Assembly (NCBI GenBank): GCA_964534375.1
Contig: CAZHPN010000040.1
Coordinates: 1 to 37,286 of the forward strand
Reading direction: 5' to 3'
Length of the DNA stretch: 37,286 bases
Source: an uncultured bacterium
GTDB lineage: Bacteria; Lernaellota; Lernaellaia; Lernaellales; Lernaellaceae
The notes under the pieces are model-generated. The model was not told the origin of the DNA and ran no database searches. It worked only from the letters and a program-made list of their open reading frames with translations. The translations under genes were made by a program, and so were the position numbers. Below, one piece after another: positions 17,672 to 26,279 of the stretch (positions are counted from its first letter, which is position 1; every line of letters begins with the position of its first letter).

Positions 17672-19075
17672 TCACAAATACCGGTGCGCGTGTTCCACAA
17701 CGAGCCGGGCAAACACTTCCGCGTCGGCGTCCGCGACCTTGTGCCGCCCGAAGGGGAACACCAGATAGAGGCGGTTCAGGAACGTCCGGAGGATCAGCGC
17801 GCCGGCGTTCTTCTCCGTCGCCCCGACGCTGTTGTGCACGTCGACCAGTTCCATGCGTCCCGCCTCGCGGATCGCCGTTTCGCCGGTCGGCCGGCCATTC
17901 TCCATGCGCGGCAGCACCACGCCGAGGTTGGTGACGAAATACGAGATGCGGATGTCGAAAACGGGCCGGAGCACGCGCGGCCGGGCGCGGAGCGGCAATA
18001 CGCGGCTCGCGGCGACCAGTTGGCGGCCGAACCACGACAGCCAATAATCGTGCCCCGCGGCCATCTTGCGCTTGCGTTCGGCGATCACCCAGCGCAGGAG
18101 CGCCGCGGGGTCGCGGCGTTCGGCCTCGTTGGACCCGATGCCGATCCCGCCCATGGGATTCCCTTGCCCCGCCGTTTCCTCCTGCGGCCGGCGCACGCGC
18201 TGGTTCACCGCCAGGCCGTGCAGCATGATGTCATGGTCGGCGCCGCGGGCCCCGTTGAATTCGTCCAGCGCCTTTTTCGACGCCGCCAGAAAGAGGTCGG
18301 TCACCGAACCGCCGTCGCGGCGCGCCCGTTCGCGGAAGGCCTGTTGCAGCGCGCGGTCTTCGATGATGTGCCGCACGATTTTGCGGCCCGGCGCCGCTTC
18401 CGGCCGGCTGGCGATCTGCGCGACGCGCCAGGGCGGATATTTGCGCCACTCCGCGATCATCTCGCGCATCATCCGCCCCGCGGGGATCGGGGTGACCAGT
18501 TGCACGGCGCCGGCCTGAGCGTGCATGCCCGCAACGCCGGCCCACTCCGGTTCGCGGCCGGTGACGAGGCGGTGGTAGATGCGCAGCGCGGCCGCGAAAA
18601 AGTTATAGAAGCCGCCGCCGTCGATGACGACGTGGTGAAACAGAAACACGAACATCTGGCGGTCGCCGCGAAAGCGGTACAACAGCAGCCGCACCGGAAG
18701 GGTGGTCCCGAGGTCTTGGACGTCCGCGACGTACGGCGCCATTTCCGCTTGAATCCACGCTTCCATGTCGGCCGGCGCTTCCGGCAGCGAAGTAAAATCG
18801 CGGACCTCCAGCGCGATGGGCTGCGGCTGGCGCTGCCAACCCCAGACCGTCCACAAGCCTTTGCGGCACGGAACCAGATTGGCGTGAAAATTGGGAAAGT
18901 CGGCCTGCGCCTCTTGCAGCGCGCGATCGAGGGCTTCCACATCGCACGGACCGCACAGCGAAAAGGCACCGTAGTTCGTTTGCGAGAAACCTTCGTGCTC
19001 CCAGACCAATATTCCTTGCGAGGGGTCATCCAAGGGGATGGGCTTCCGACTGATGAGCGCTTCGTTTTGATTCAT
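17672..19075 (-). CDS. Stand-alone condensation-domain-like / CoA-dependent acyltransferase, paralog 1
   Basis: FHHVVIDGG motif; start MNQNEALISRKP chosen by alignment to the paralog N-termini. Confidence 0.8.
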   Translation of the reverse strand: MNQNEALISRKPIPLDDPSQGILVWEHEGFSQTNYGAFSLCGPCDVEALDRALQEAQADFPNFHANLVPCRKGLWTVWGWQRQPQPIALEVRDFTSLPEAPADMEAWIQAEMAPYVADVQDLGTTLPVRLLLYRFRGDRQMFVFLFHHVVIDGGGFYNFFAAALRIYHRLVTGREPEWAGVAGMHAQAGAVQLVTPIPAGRMMREMIAEWRKYPPWRVAQIASRPEAAPGRKIVRHIIEDRALQQAFRERARRDGGSVTDLFLAASKKALDEFNGARGADHDIMLHGLAVNQRVRRPQEETAGQGNPMGGIGIGSNEAERRDPAALLRWVIAERKRKMAAGHDYWLSWFGRQLVAASRVLPLRARPRVLRPVFDIRISYFVTNLGVVLPRMENGRPTGETAIREAGRMELVDVHNSVGATEKNAGALILRTFLNRLYLVFPFGRHKVADADAEVFARLVVEHAHRYL

Positions 19076-19139
19076 CGGGCGATTCTGGTGGAATCGCGCG
19101 CGGGTTTCAAGGCGCACCATGGCGGCCTGCCGCGAACGC

Positions 19140-19173
19140 AAAACGGCGCGGCGGTTTTGCGCCGCCGCGCCGT
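19140..19173 (-). terminator. Probable intrinsic terminator
   Basis: 12-bp stem ACGGCGCGGCGG/CCGCCGCGCCGT with a 7-nt loop, followed by TTTT on the minus strand, just after the 19216 stop. Confidence 0.65.
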
Positions 19174-19215
19174 CGTAGTCAAAGAAACCGAATCGCCGAA
19201 TTCCGCTCCGGCCGG

Positions 19216-20325
19216 CTAATTACGAATGCAACGCACGTACTCATTGTCGGTGACGGAGTTGTAGGTGACTTGCCCCGTGGTGAAGTCGACCTGCCACCCG
19301 TTGCTCGTGGGGTTGTCGGCATCCAATTCGGACGACCAATACAACCCGGGGTTGCCGCCGATCGCCGCCGGCCAGTAGGCGCCGACCGGCGTCGCGGTGT
19401 TGCCCATGCTGGAGCAACCGCCGCACGGGGAGTTGTCGCAACTCTCGTTCAGGCACGTGTCCGTCACGGTGCAGGAACCGCCGGTGACCGTGGCGGCGCA
19501 GCCCTGGATCAGGGTGCGAAGCTCCGAGATCGTCGGCAACCGCCAACCGGTGTAGCCGGCCCAGGTCAAGCCCGAGCAGTACGTCCCCGCGCCGCCCTGG
19601 GTTGCCTGAAGGTTCGCCGCCCCGACCGTGCCGCCGTTCTGCCACATGTGGCCGGTGGTCGTATCGGTCCACACGGTTTGCACCGGGGGAACCGTCCCGC
19701 CGCGCACGCAGATGGCGGAGTAGTTGTCGGTGAGGGAGTTGTACGTGATTTCGCCCGTGGTGAAGTCGACTTCCCACCCGTTGCTGGTGGGGTCCGTTTC
19801 GTCGCCCACGGACGACCAATAGGCGCCGACCGCGGCCGTGATCGCCGCGGGCCAGTAGGCGCCGCCCGCCCCCGGACCGGTCAGACTGCCGCAGCCGCCG
19901 CACGGGGAGTTGTCGTAAACTTCATCCAGACCATTGTCCGTCACGTTGCAGGAGCCGCCGGTAATCGTGCCGGGGCACCCCCGGATCAAGCTGCGAAGCT
20001 CCGTGATCGTCGGCAACCGCCAACCGCTGGCGTAGCCGGCCCAATTCAGGCTGGTGCAATAACTCGCCGCGCCGCCCTGGCCAAACGAAGCGGTCGACGC
20101 CCCGACCGCCGACCCGTTCTGCCACGTCAACCCGGTGGTCGTGTCGGCCCAGACGCTTTCCCCCGCAACCGGCGAGGAATCGTCGTCGGCCGGCGAAGCG
20201 TCGTCGTCGGACGTGTCGTCGTCGGCGCTGCTGGAGCTGCTGGCCGTGGCGCCGCAGGCAATGGCGAAATAGATCGAGGCCGCGAGCAATAACATAAGCG
20301 GTAGCAACCAATACATTCTTTTCAT
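19216..20325 (-). CDS. Lipoprotein with Asp-rich linker and two tandem DUF1566 (Lcl-like) domains
   Basis: Lipobox AIAC; two copies of W.DTTTG..WQ..YC..L.WAGY..WRLPTI.ELR.LI..YWSS..W.VDF..G..C.R. Confidence 0.87.
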   Translation of the reverse strand: MKRMYWLLPLMLLLAASIYFAIACGATASSSSSADDDTSDDDASPADDDSSPVAGESVWADTTTGLTWQNGSAVGASTASFGQGGAASYCTSLNWAGYASGWRLPTITELRSLIRGCPGTITGGSCNVTDNGLDEVYDNSPCGGCGSLTGPGAGGAYWPAAITAAVGAYWSSVGDETDPTSNGWEVDFTTGEITYNSLTDNYSAICVRGGTVPPVQTVWTDTTTGHMWQNGGTVGAANLQATQGGAGTYCSGLTWAGYTGWRLPTISELRTLIQGCAATVTGGSCTVTDTCLNESCDNSPCGGCSSMGNTATPVGAYWPAAIGGNPGLYWSSELDADNPTSNGWQVDFTTGQVTYNSVTDNEYVRCIRN

Positions 20326-20587
20326 GCAGACACCTCCGTCGCCTTCGCGACAAGCAATTGGGTTTCCAGATATTTTCCGTTGAGTTTATTCTAGCCGCTT
20401 GTCGAGCCTACATCCTGCCAACCGCATCGTCAAGCGCCGGGTCGCGAAAGACCCCGGGGGCGAAACCGCTTCCAAAAAACGGCGGCCGACTAAATGGCGG
20501 CTGGCGTCTCCGGGGCGCTTGGCGGAACGCACGGCGCCATTTCCGCCGCCTGGACGAAGTGTGGTTCGTCGTGGCGTGGTGGAAATC

Positions 20588-20616
20588 GGGCCGGTCCGAA
20601 GACCGGCGACCCGTAC
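20588..20616. repeat. REP-like palindrome, copy 1
   Basis: Minus strand GTACGGGTCGCCGGTCTTCGGACCGGCCC; a related copy lies at 34303-34330. Confidence 0.5.
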
Positions 20617-20617
20617 G

Positions 20618-20645
20618 AAAGGAAAAGGCCGGGAGACGCCCGGCC
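20618..20645 (-). terminator. Probable intrinsic terminator
   Basis: GGCCGGG/CCCGGCC stem followed by TTTTCCTTT on the minus strand, downstream of the 20670 stop. Confidence 0.6.
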
Positions 20646-20669
20646 CTGCTTGCGCAGCCGCGCCGGCGC

Positions 20670-21695
<1,026 letters not shown>

Positions 21696-21707
21696 CGCAC
21701 CCCTTTC

Positions 21708-23108
21708 TCAGCACCCGCATCCAGACGAGGCGTTCGCGTGTTCCGCACGGTGGATGCCCGGGGACGAATCATCATCGTCGTCGCCTGGCGACTCATCGTC
21801 ATCACTGGGCGTTGAGTCGTCGTCGTTGTCGTCGTCATCATTGTCGTCATCGTCATCCGCCGGCGAAACGTCATCGTCGTTGCCGCTGTCATCGTCGTTG
21901 TCATCGTCATCCGCCGGCGAAACGTCATCGTCGTTGCCGCTGTCATCGTCGTTGTCATCGTCATCCGCCGGCGAAACGTCATCGTCGCTGCCGCTGTCAT
22001 CGTCGTTGTCATCGGTGCACACGCCGCTGACGCACGACCAGCTTTCCGGGCAAGTCACACAGGGGATCCCGCCTTGGCCGCAGTTCGACGGATCGAGCCC
22101 CGATTCGCAGTCCGCGCCCGAACAGCAGCCGCCGCAATTCGACGAATTGCAGGGCTGCACGCAGGCGCGGTCGATGCAATTTTCCCCGTTGACGCAGTTC
22201 ACGCAGGCCGCGCCGCCCGGGCCCCCGCACCAAGAGTCATCCGTTCCCGGCCGGCAATAGAGGCCATTCTCGCAACAGCCGTCGGGGCAACTGGCCGCGT
22301 CGCAGCCGCATAGGCCGCCATCGGCGGTTGGAAGACACGCCGACAACAGCGGCCCGCACGCGCCGCAGGCGGCGCCGCCCGCCCCGCACAGGATGTTGCT
22401 TTGATCGGCGAAGGCGACGCACACGGCGCCATTGCAGCACCCGCTCGGGCAAATGGCCGGCGAACACGGCGTCTGGCAAACATTGGCAATGCACTGTTGC
22501 CCCGCGGGGCACGTTTGACAGGTCTGCGCATTGAAGCCGCAAGCGTTGTCGTCCGTGCCAGGCAGGCAGCCTTGCCCGCCGGCGTCGCAGCAGCCGTAGG
22601 GGCACGTCGCTTGGGTACATGGGCCCGTCGTGCAAACGCCCAGATTGTAGCCGCAGCCCTTTCCCTCGCCGGCGCAGTTGGTGCACGGCCCGGTGTCGAC
22701 ACCGCAGTAGCGGTCGCCTTGGAATTGGCGGCATTCGTCAAACGCATCGCAACAACCGTCATTGCAACCGACCGTGCACGGCACGCCCGCCGCGCAAACC
22801 TGCTGCGGGCCGCAGTAGTAGCCGTTTGCCGCGCAATTGGTGCACGCCATTCCCTGGATGCCGCAGACATCATCCGCCGTGCCGAGCTGGCAAGCGCCGT
22901 TCGCATCGCAACATCCCCACCAGCAATTTTCCTCGCGGCAATCCCCGGCGCGTCCGCGGGACGGCGCCGCCAGACTCCACGGGACCGCCGCCCCGGCCGC
23001 CGTTGTCATCCGCGTGGCCTCCAGCGCCTCTGCCGGTGAGCCGATTTGCAGCACGACAGCGATTCCAATTGCGAAAATTGCCGCCGCCATTGCCACATAT
23101 GCCTTCAC
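21708..23108 (-). CDS. Secreted Cys-rich repeat protein with Asp-rich tail ending in SSGCGC-stop
   Basis: AGGAGG RBS and GTG start; signal peptide with an AEA-type cleavage site and no lipobox; six ~50-aa repeats of 10 Cys each; three 18-aa Asp repeats; ends ASSGCGC. Confidence 0.85.
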   Translation of the reverse strand: MKAYVAMAAAIFAIGIAVVLQIGSPAEALEATRMTTAAGAAVPWSLAAPSRGRAGDCREENCWWGCCDANGACQLGTADDVCGIQGMACTNCAANGYYCGPQQVCAAGVPCTVGCNDGCCDAFDECRQFQGDRYCGVDTGPCTNCAGEGKGCGYNLGVCTTGPCTQATCPYGCCDAGGQGCLPGTDDNACGFNAQTCQTCPAGQQCIANVCQTPCSPAICPSGCCNGAVCVAFADQSNILCGAGGAACGACGPLLSACLPTADGGLCGCDAASCPDGCCENGLYCRPGTDDSWCGGPGGAACVNCVNGENCIDRACVQPCNSSNCGGCCSGADCESGLDPSNCGQGGIPCVTCPESWSCVSGVCTDDNDDDSGSDDDVSPADDDDNDDDSGNDDDVSPADDDDNDDDSGNDDDVSPADDDDDNDDDDNDDDSTPSDDDESPGDDDDDSSPGIHRAEHANASSGCGC

Positions 23109-23207
23109 GGAGCGCCTCCTTTCAACAATCGCGGCCCACCATGCCGATCCGCTGCCAACTGCCTCGCCGCGATTCCGTCGCCATGTTATTTGTCCTTGAA
23201 AAGTCTT

Positions 23208-23223
23208 TGCATATTGCGTGCCA
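23208..23223 (-). promoter_or_regulatory. Sigma54 (-24/-12) promoter motif
   Basis: Minus strand TGGCACGCAATATGCA closely matches the TGGCACG-N4-TTGC consensus and lies 100 nt upstream of the 23108 start. An IHF-like ATCCAAATAGTTA is at 23260-23272. Confidence 0.75.
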
Positions 23224-23304
23224 AATCTGCGCGCCGGGCTGTGCCCTTTTCCTCTTTTGATCCAAATAGTTATGCGACATATTGAAAACGATTTTCCACC
23301 GCGA

Positions 23305-23341
23305 TGTGAAAAGTTTTCACAAAGTGTGAAAACTTTTCAAC
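23305..23341. promoter_or_regulatory. Tandem 17-bp palindromic operator/enhancer (TGTGAAAAnTTTTCACA)
   Basis: TGTGAAAAGTTTTCACA at 23305-23321 and TGTGAAAACTTTTCAAC at 23325-23341, 20 bp start to start. Confidence 0.72.
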
Positions 23342-23499
23342 CTTCGATCCGATGCCGCGGCGCCCGAGAACGGAAGAGCAATATCAAAATTCGCGTTATG
23401 TTCTGTGACGGCAGCCGCGAAATGCGCGTCCGATTCCCGAGAACACCCGTGGCGCGAGAGAGAAGAGTCGCCGAAACCTCACGGATTTTGAGGCCCCGG

Positions 23500-25986
23500 T
23501 CAGCGGGCGGGTTGCCCAGCCGTCTCGTTGATGGTCGGCAGGCGCTTGCCGTCCCAGAGGCCGTGGGTCAGCGCGTACTGCTGCGCCAGGCGGATGCTTT
23601 TCAGGTACGACGCGCGCGCCTCGGCGGCGTCTTCCTCGTCGCCGGCGGCCGCCGCATACGAATCGACCGAATACTGCGCCGGCCACGGCACGCCCGGCTT
23701 CATGATCGCCCACAGCATTTCGCCCAGCCGCTGCACCTGGTCCGGCACATCCCAATTCTGGTGCGCCGCGTAGTCGCCGAGCGGAGCGCCCGCCGCGTTG
23801 TACGCCAGCGGGGTCGGATTCGGGACGGTGGCGAACGTCGCCAGGTCGGGCGTCGTGGTGAAGGCGTCGTACATGGGGCTGGTGTTGTCGTCGTAAACGG
23901 TCAACGACGGCAGGCCGAGGATCATCTCGATCGTCAGCCAGAGGGACGACATCGAATACAACACGTGCGAGGTGTACCCGTGTTTGGCGTAGGGCGAGAT
24001 CGCCAAACAAATGCTGCGGTGCGGATCGATGTGATCGGCGCCCGATTGCGGGTCGTCCTCGATCACGAAAACGGCGGTTTCCGCCCAATGGTCGCTGTGC
24101 GTGATGTAGTCGAGCAACAGGCCCAGGCCCGCGTCGTTGTCGCCGACGTAATATTGCGGCGTCGGCGCGCCGGCCTGCGAGCCGAGGGTGTGGTCGTTCG
24201 GCAGGCTGATGTACACCAATTGCGGCCAGACGCCGGCTTTCCACTCGCGGATGATTTCGTTCGCCTTGGTTACGTCGGAGATTTGCTGGTTCCAGAAGCC
24301 GTACAGGAAATCGACCTCCGGCGCGATCTCGGCGAAATCGCCCATCGTCAGCACTTCGCCGTACACGCGAAATGTGACGTTGTTTTTCAGCATCGTTTCC
24401 CACAGGCTGCCTTTGCGGCTGCGCGTCGCGGGCTCGGCGTTCGACAGCGGTTGGCGATTGAACGTCATCGCCCAGTTCTTCTCCTCGTAATCGTTGGAAT
24501 ACATCAGCGACGCCCACATGTGGCCCTGCAGACTGATGTTGGCCTCGGAATAATAGTTGTCCATGTTCGTGAATTGCGTCGCGAGCGCGTGCGTGTTGGG
24601 CGTATAGGCCTGGCCGAATTCGAGCAGCGACGGGTCGGCTTCCGTGCCCGTCATGTCGCCGAGCACTTCATCGTAGGTCTTGTTTTCCTTCATGATGAAC
24701 ACGACCCGTTTGATTTGCTGCGAAGGCACGCCGCGTTGCGTCGGAATCGGGCTGTCGAACGACAACGATTCCCAAAAGAGCGACGTGCGCGTCAGATTCG
24801 CGTTGACCGCCGTCGTCCATTCGGCGAGTTGCGCCGCATTCGGAAGGTCGATCTTCTGCAGCGTGCCGCCCATGTCGACCCCCGGCGGCGGCTCGGCGCC
24901 CGGAATGCCGCCGCCCTTGCCGTTGCCGACGTACAGCACGCTGCGGGCGGAATCGACGGCGACGGAACTCGGGTAGTAGCCGGCCGGGATCATGCCGGCG
25001 ATCGCGCCGCCGGCCGCATTCATCACCACCACCGCGTTCAGGCCGGCGGCGGCGACATACAGCGTGGCGCCGTCGCTCGCAACGGCGACATCCACCGGCG
25101 AGGTCGCCGTCATCGCCGCGCCGTCGAAGATGGGGTATTCCGCGATTTCCTGCCGCGTCGTCACGTCGATCGCGCTGACCGAGTCGCCGTCGGCGTTGGC
25201 GACGTACAGCCGCGTCCCGTCCGGCGACAACGCCAGGCCCGCCGGATGCGAGCCGACGGTCACTTCGGCCACGCGCTGGGCCGTGGCCACGTCGATAATC
25301 GTGACCGACGAGCCGCCCCAGTTCGAAACGTACGCTTCGGCGCCGCTCGCCGAGAGCGCGATGGCGTACGGATACATATTCGTCGGCGCGACCGCGGTCG
25401 CGGCGCCGGTCGCCAGGTCGTAGATCTGCACGCCCGAGCCCCAGGAATCGCAGACCAGCAATTTCGTTTCGTCGGGCGTCACCGCCAGGCCGGCGGGGAT
25501 CAATTGGCTGCCGATCGTTTGCAGCAGCGCCGGCGAGCCGGTGCTGATGTCGTATTCGTAGACGACTTGCGCGCCGCCGCCGCTCACCCACAACTTGTCG
25601 CCGGCGGCATTCGCCGCGAGGCCGACGAACGTCGCGGGAACCGCGAAATGATCCACCTCGGCGAAGGTCGCGCCGTCGATGATGGTCACGCCCGGGCTGC
25701 GCAAGGACGAGATCGCCAGATTCCCGTTGGGCAGGGGCAAAATCTTGCTGGGGTAATCCAAGACGTTCCGCATGGAGCCGACCGGCGAAATCGCCCGGCC
25801 GTTGACCATGATGATCGAGCCGTCGCCGGCGTCGCCGGGCTTCGCCAGCGCCGTGGCCGTCGGCGTCGGGACGGCTTTGTCGCCCGCCGCCTTGGCCTGG
25901 TCGGAGGAAGCCGGCTTGCCGTTTCCATTGGCGCAAGCACTGAGGGCGAGGCCCAGAACAACCGCATAAACCAGCCATCGACGCAT
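23500..25986 (-). CDS. Bifunctional YncE/YVTN beta-propeller plus phosphoesterase (alkaline phosphatase superfamily) lipoprotein
   Basis: VGSHPAGLALSPDGTRLYVANADGDSVSAID YVTN repeats; IKRVVFIMKENKTYDEVLGD, LPNDHT and EDDPQSGADHID motifs; lipobox LSAC. Confidence 0.9.
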   Translation of the reverse strand: MRRWLVYAVVLGLALSACANGNGKPASSDQAKAAGDKAVPTPTATALAKPGDAGDGSIIMVNGRAISPVGSMRNVLDYPSKILPLPNGNLAISSLRSPGVTIIDGATFAEVDHFAVPATFVGLAANAAGDKLWVSGGGAQVVYEYDISTGSPALLQTIGSQLIPAGLAVTPDETKLLVCDSWGSGVQIYDLATGAATAVAPTNMYPYAIALSASGAEAYVSNWGGSSVTIIDVATAQRVAEVTVGSHPAGLALSPDGTRLYVANADGDSVSAIDVTTRQEIAEYPIFDGAAMTATSPVDVAVASDGATLYVAAAGLNAVVVMNAAGGAIAGMIPAGYYPSSVAVDSARSVLYVGNGKGGGIPGAEPPPGVDMGGTLQKIDLPNAAQLAEWTTAVNANLTRTSLFWESLSFDSPIPTQRGVPSQQIKRVVFIMKENKTYDEVLGDMTGTEADPSLLEFGQAYTPNTHALATQFTNMDNYYSEANISLQGHMWASLMYSNDYEEKNWAMTFNRQPLSNAEPATRSRKGSLWETMLKNNVTFRVYGEVLTMGDFAEIAPEVDFLYGFWNQQISDVTKANEIIREWKAGVWPQLVYISLPNDHTLGSQAGAPTPQYYVGDNDAGLGLLLDYITHSDHWAETAVFVIEDDPQSGADHIDPHRSICLAISPYAKHGYTSHVLYSMSSLWLTIEMILGLPSLTVYDDNTSPMYDAFTTTPDLATFATVPNPTPLAYNAAGAPLGDYAAHQNWDVPDQVQRLGEMLWAIMKPGVPWPAQYSVDSYAAAAGDEEDAAEARASYLKSIRLAQQYALTHGLWDGKRLPTINETAGQPAR

Positions 25987-26060
25987 GGCGCTCTCCGTGC
26001 CTTGTTTTCCGGAAACATACCGGACGGAACGCGAAATCGCAAACGGGCGGGCGATGCGTC

Positions 26061-26207
26061 GCGAGTTACGAGTTGCGAGTTACGAGTTGCGAGTTGCATA
26101 CTCAACCCGTCATTCCTCGTTCGACCCCTGACGCCGTCTGACGCAAAAAGAGGTGGGGGGCGCTCGCAATTCGCAATTCGTAACTCGTGACTCGTAACTC
26201 GTAACTC
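26061..26207. repeat. Inverted pair of heptamer arrays ((G/A)CGAGTT)n ... (AACTCGT)n around a ~65-bp spacer
   Basis: Five RCGAGTT units at 26061-26095 and about six reverse-complement units at 26161-26207, in a divergent intergenic region. Confidence 0.88.
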
Positions 26208-26279
26208 CCTGTTGCGCGCGCCCGCGAAGACTTTTATTCTAGGACTCGATCGTACATTCGATTGCAATGGAGTTTGTTG

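Noticed and set aside
14749..19075. NRPS gene cluster
   Set aside because: Only condensation-like domains are present, with no adenylation, thiolation or thioesterase domains in the window.
19216..20160. Diversity-generating retroelement, suggested by C-type-lectin-fold targets (FGE, DUF1566) and two similar DUF1566 3' regions
   Set aside because: There is no reverse transcriptase or Avd gene in the window. Both repeats are coding and differ at many non-adenine and synonymous positions, so this is an ordinary domain duplication.
23218..26190. Long antisense or alternative-frame ORFs (e.g. 990 aa here, 10970-13309, 4492-6162, 28322-30352, 206-1744)
   Set aside because: These are Arg/Ala-rich shadow ORFs expected in high-GC DNA, and they overlap genes with clear family motifs.
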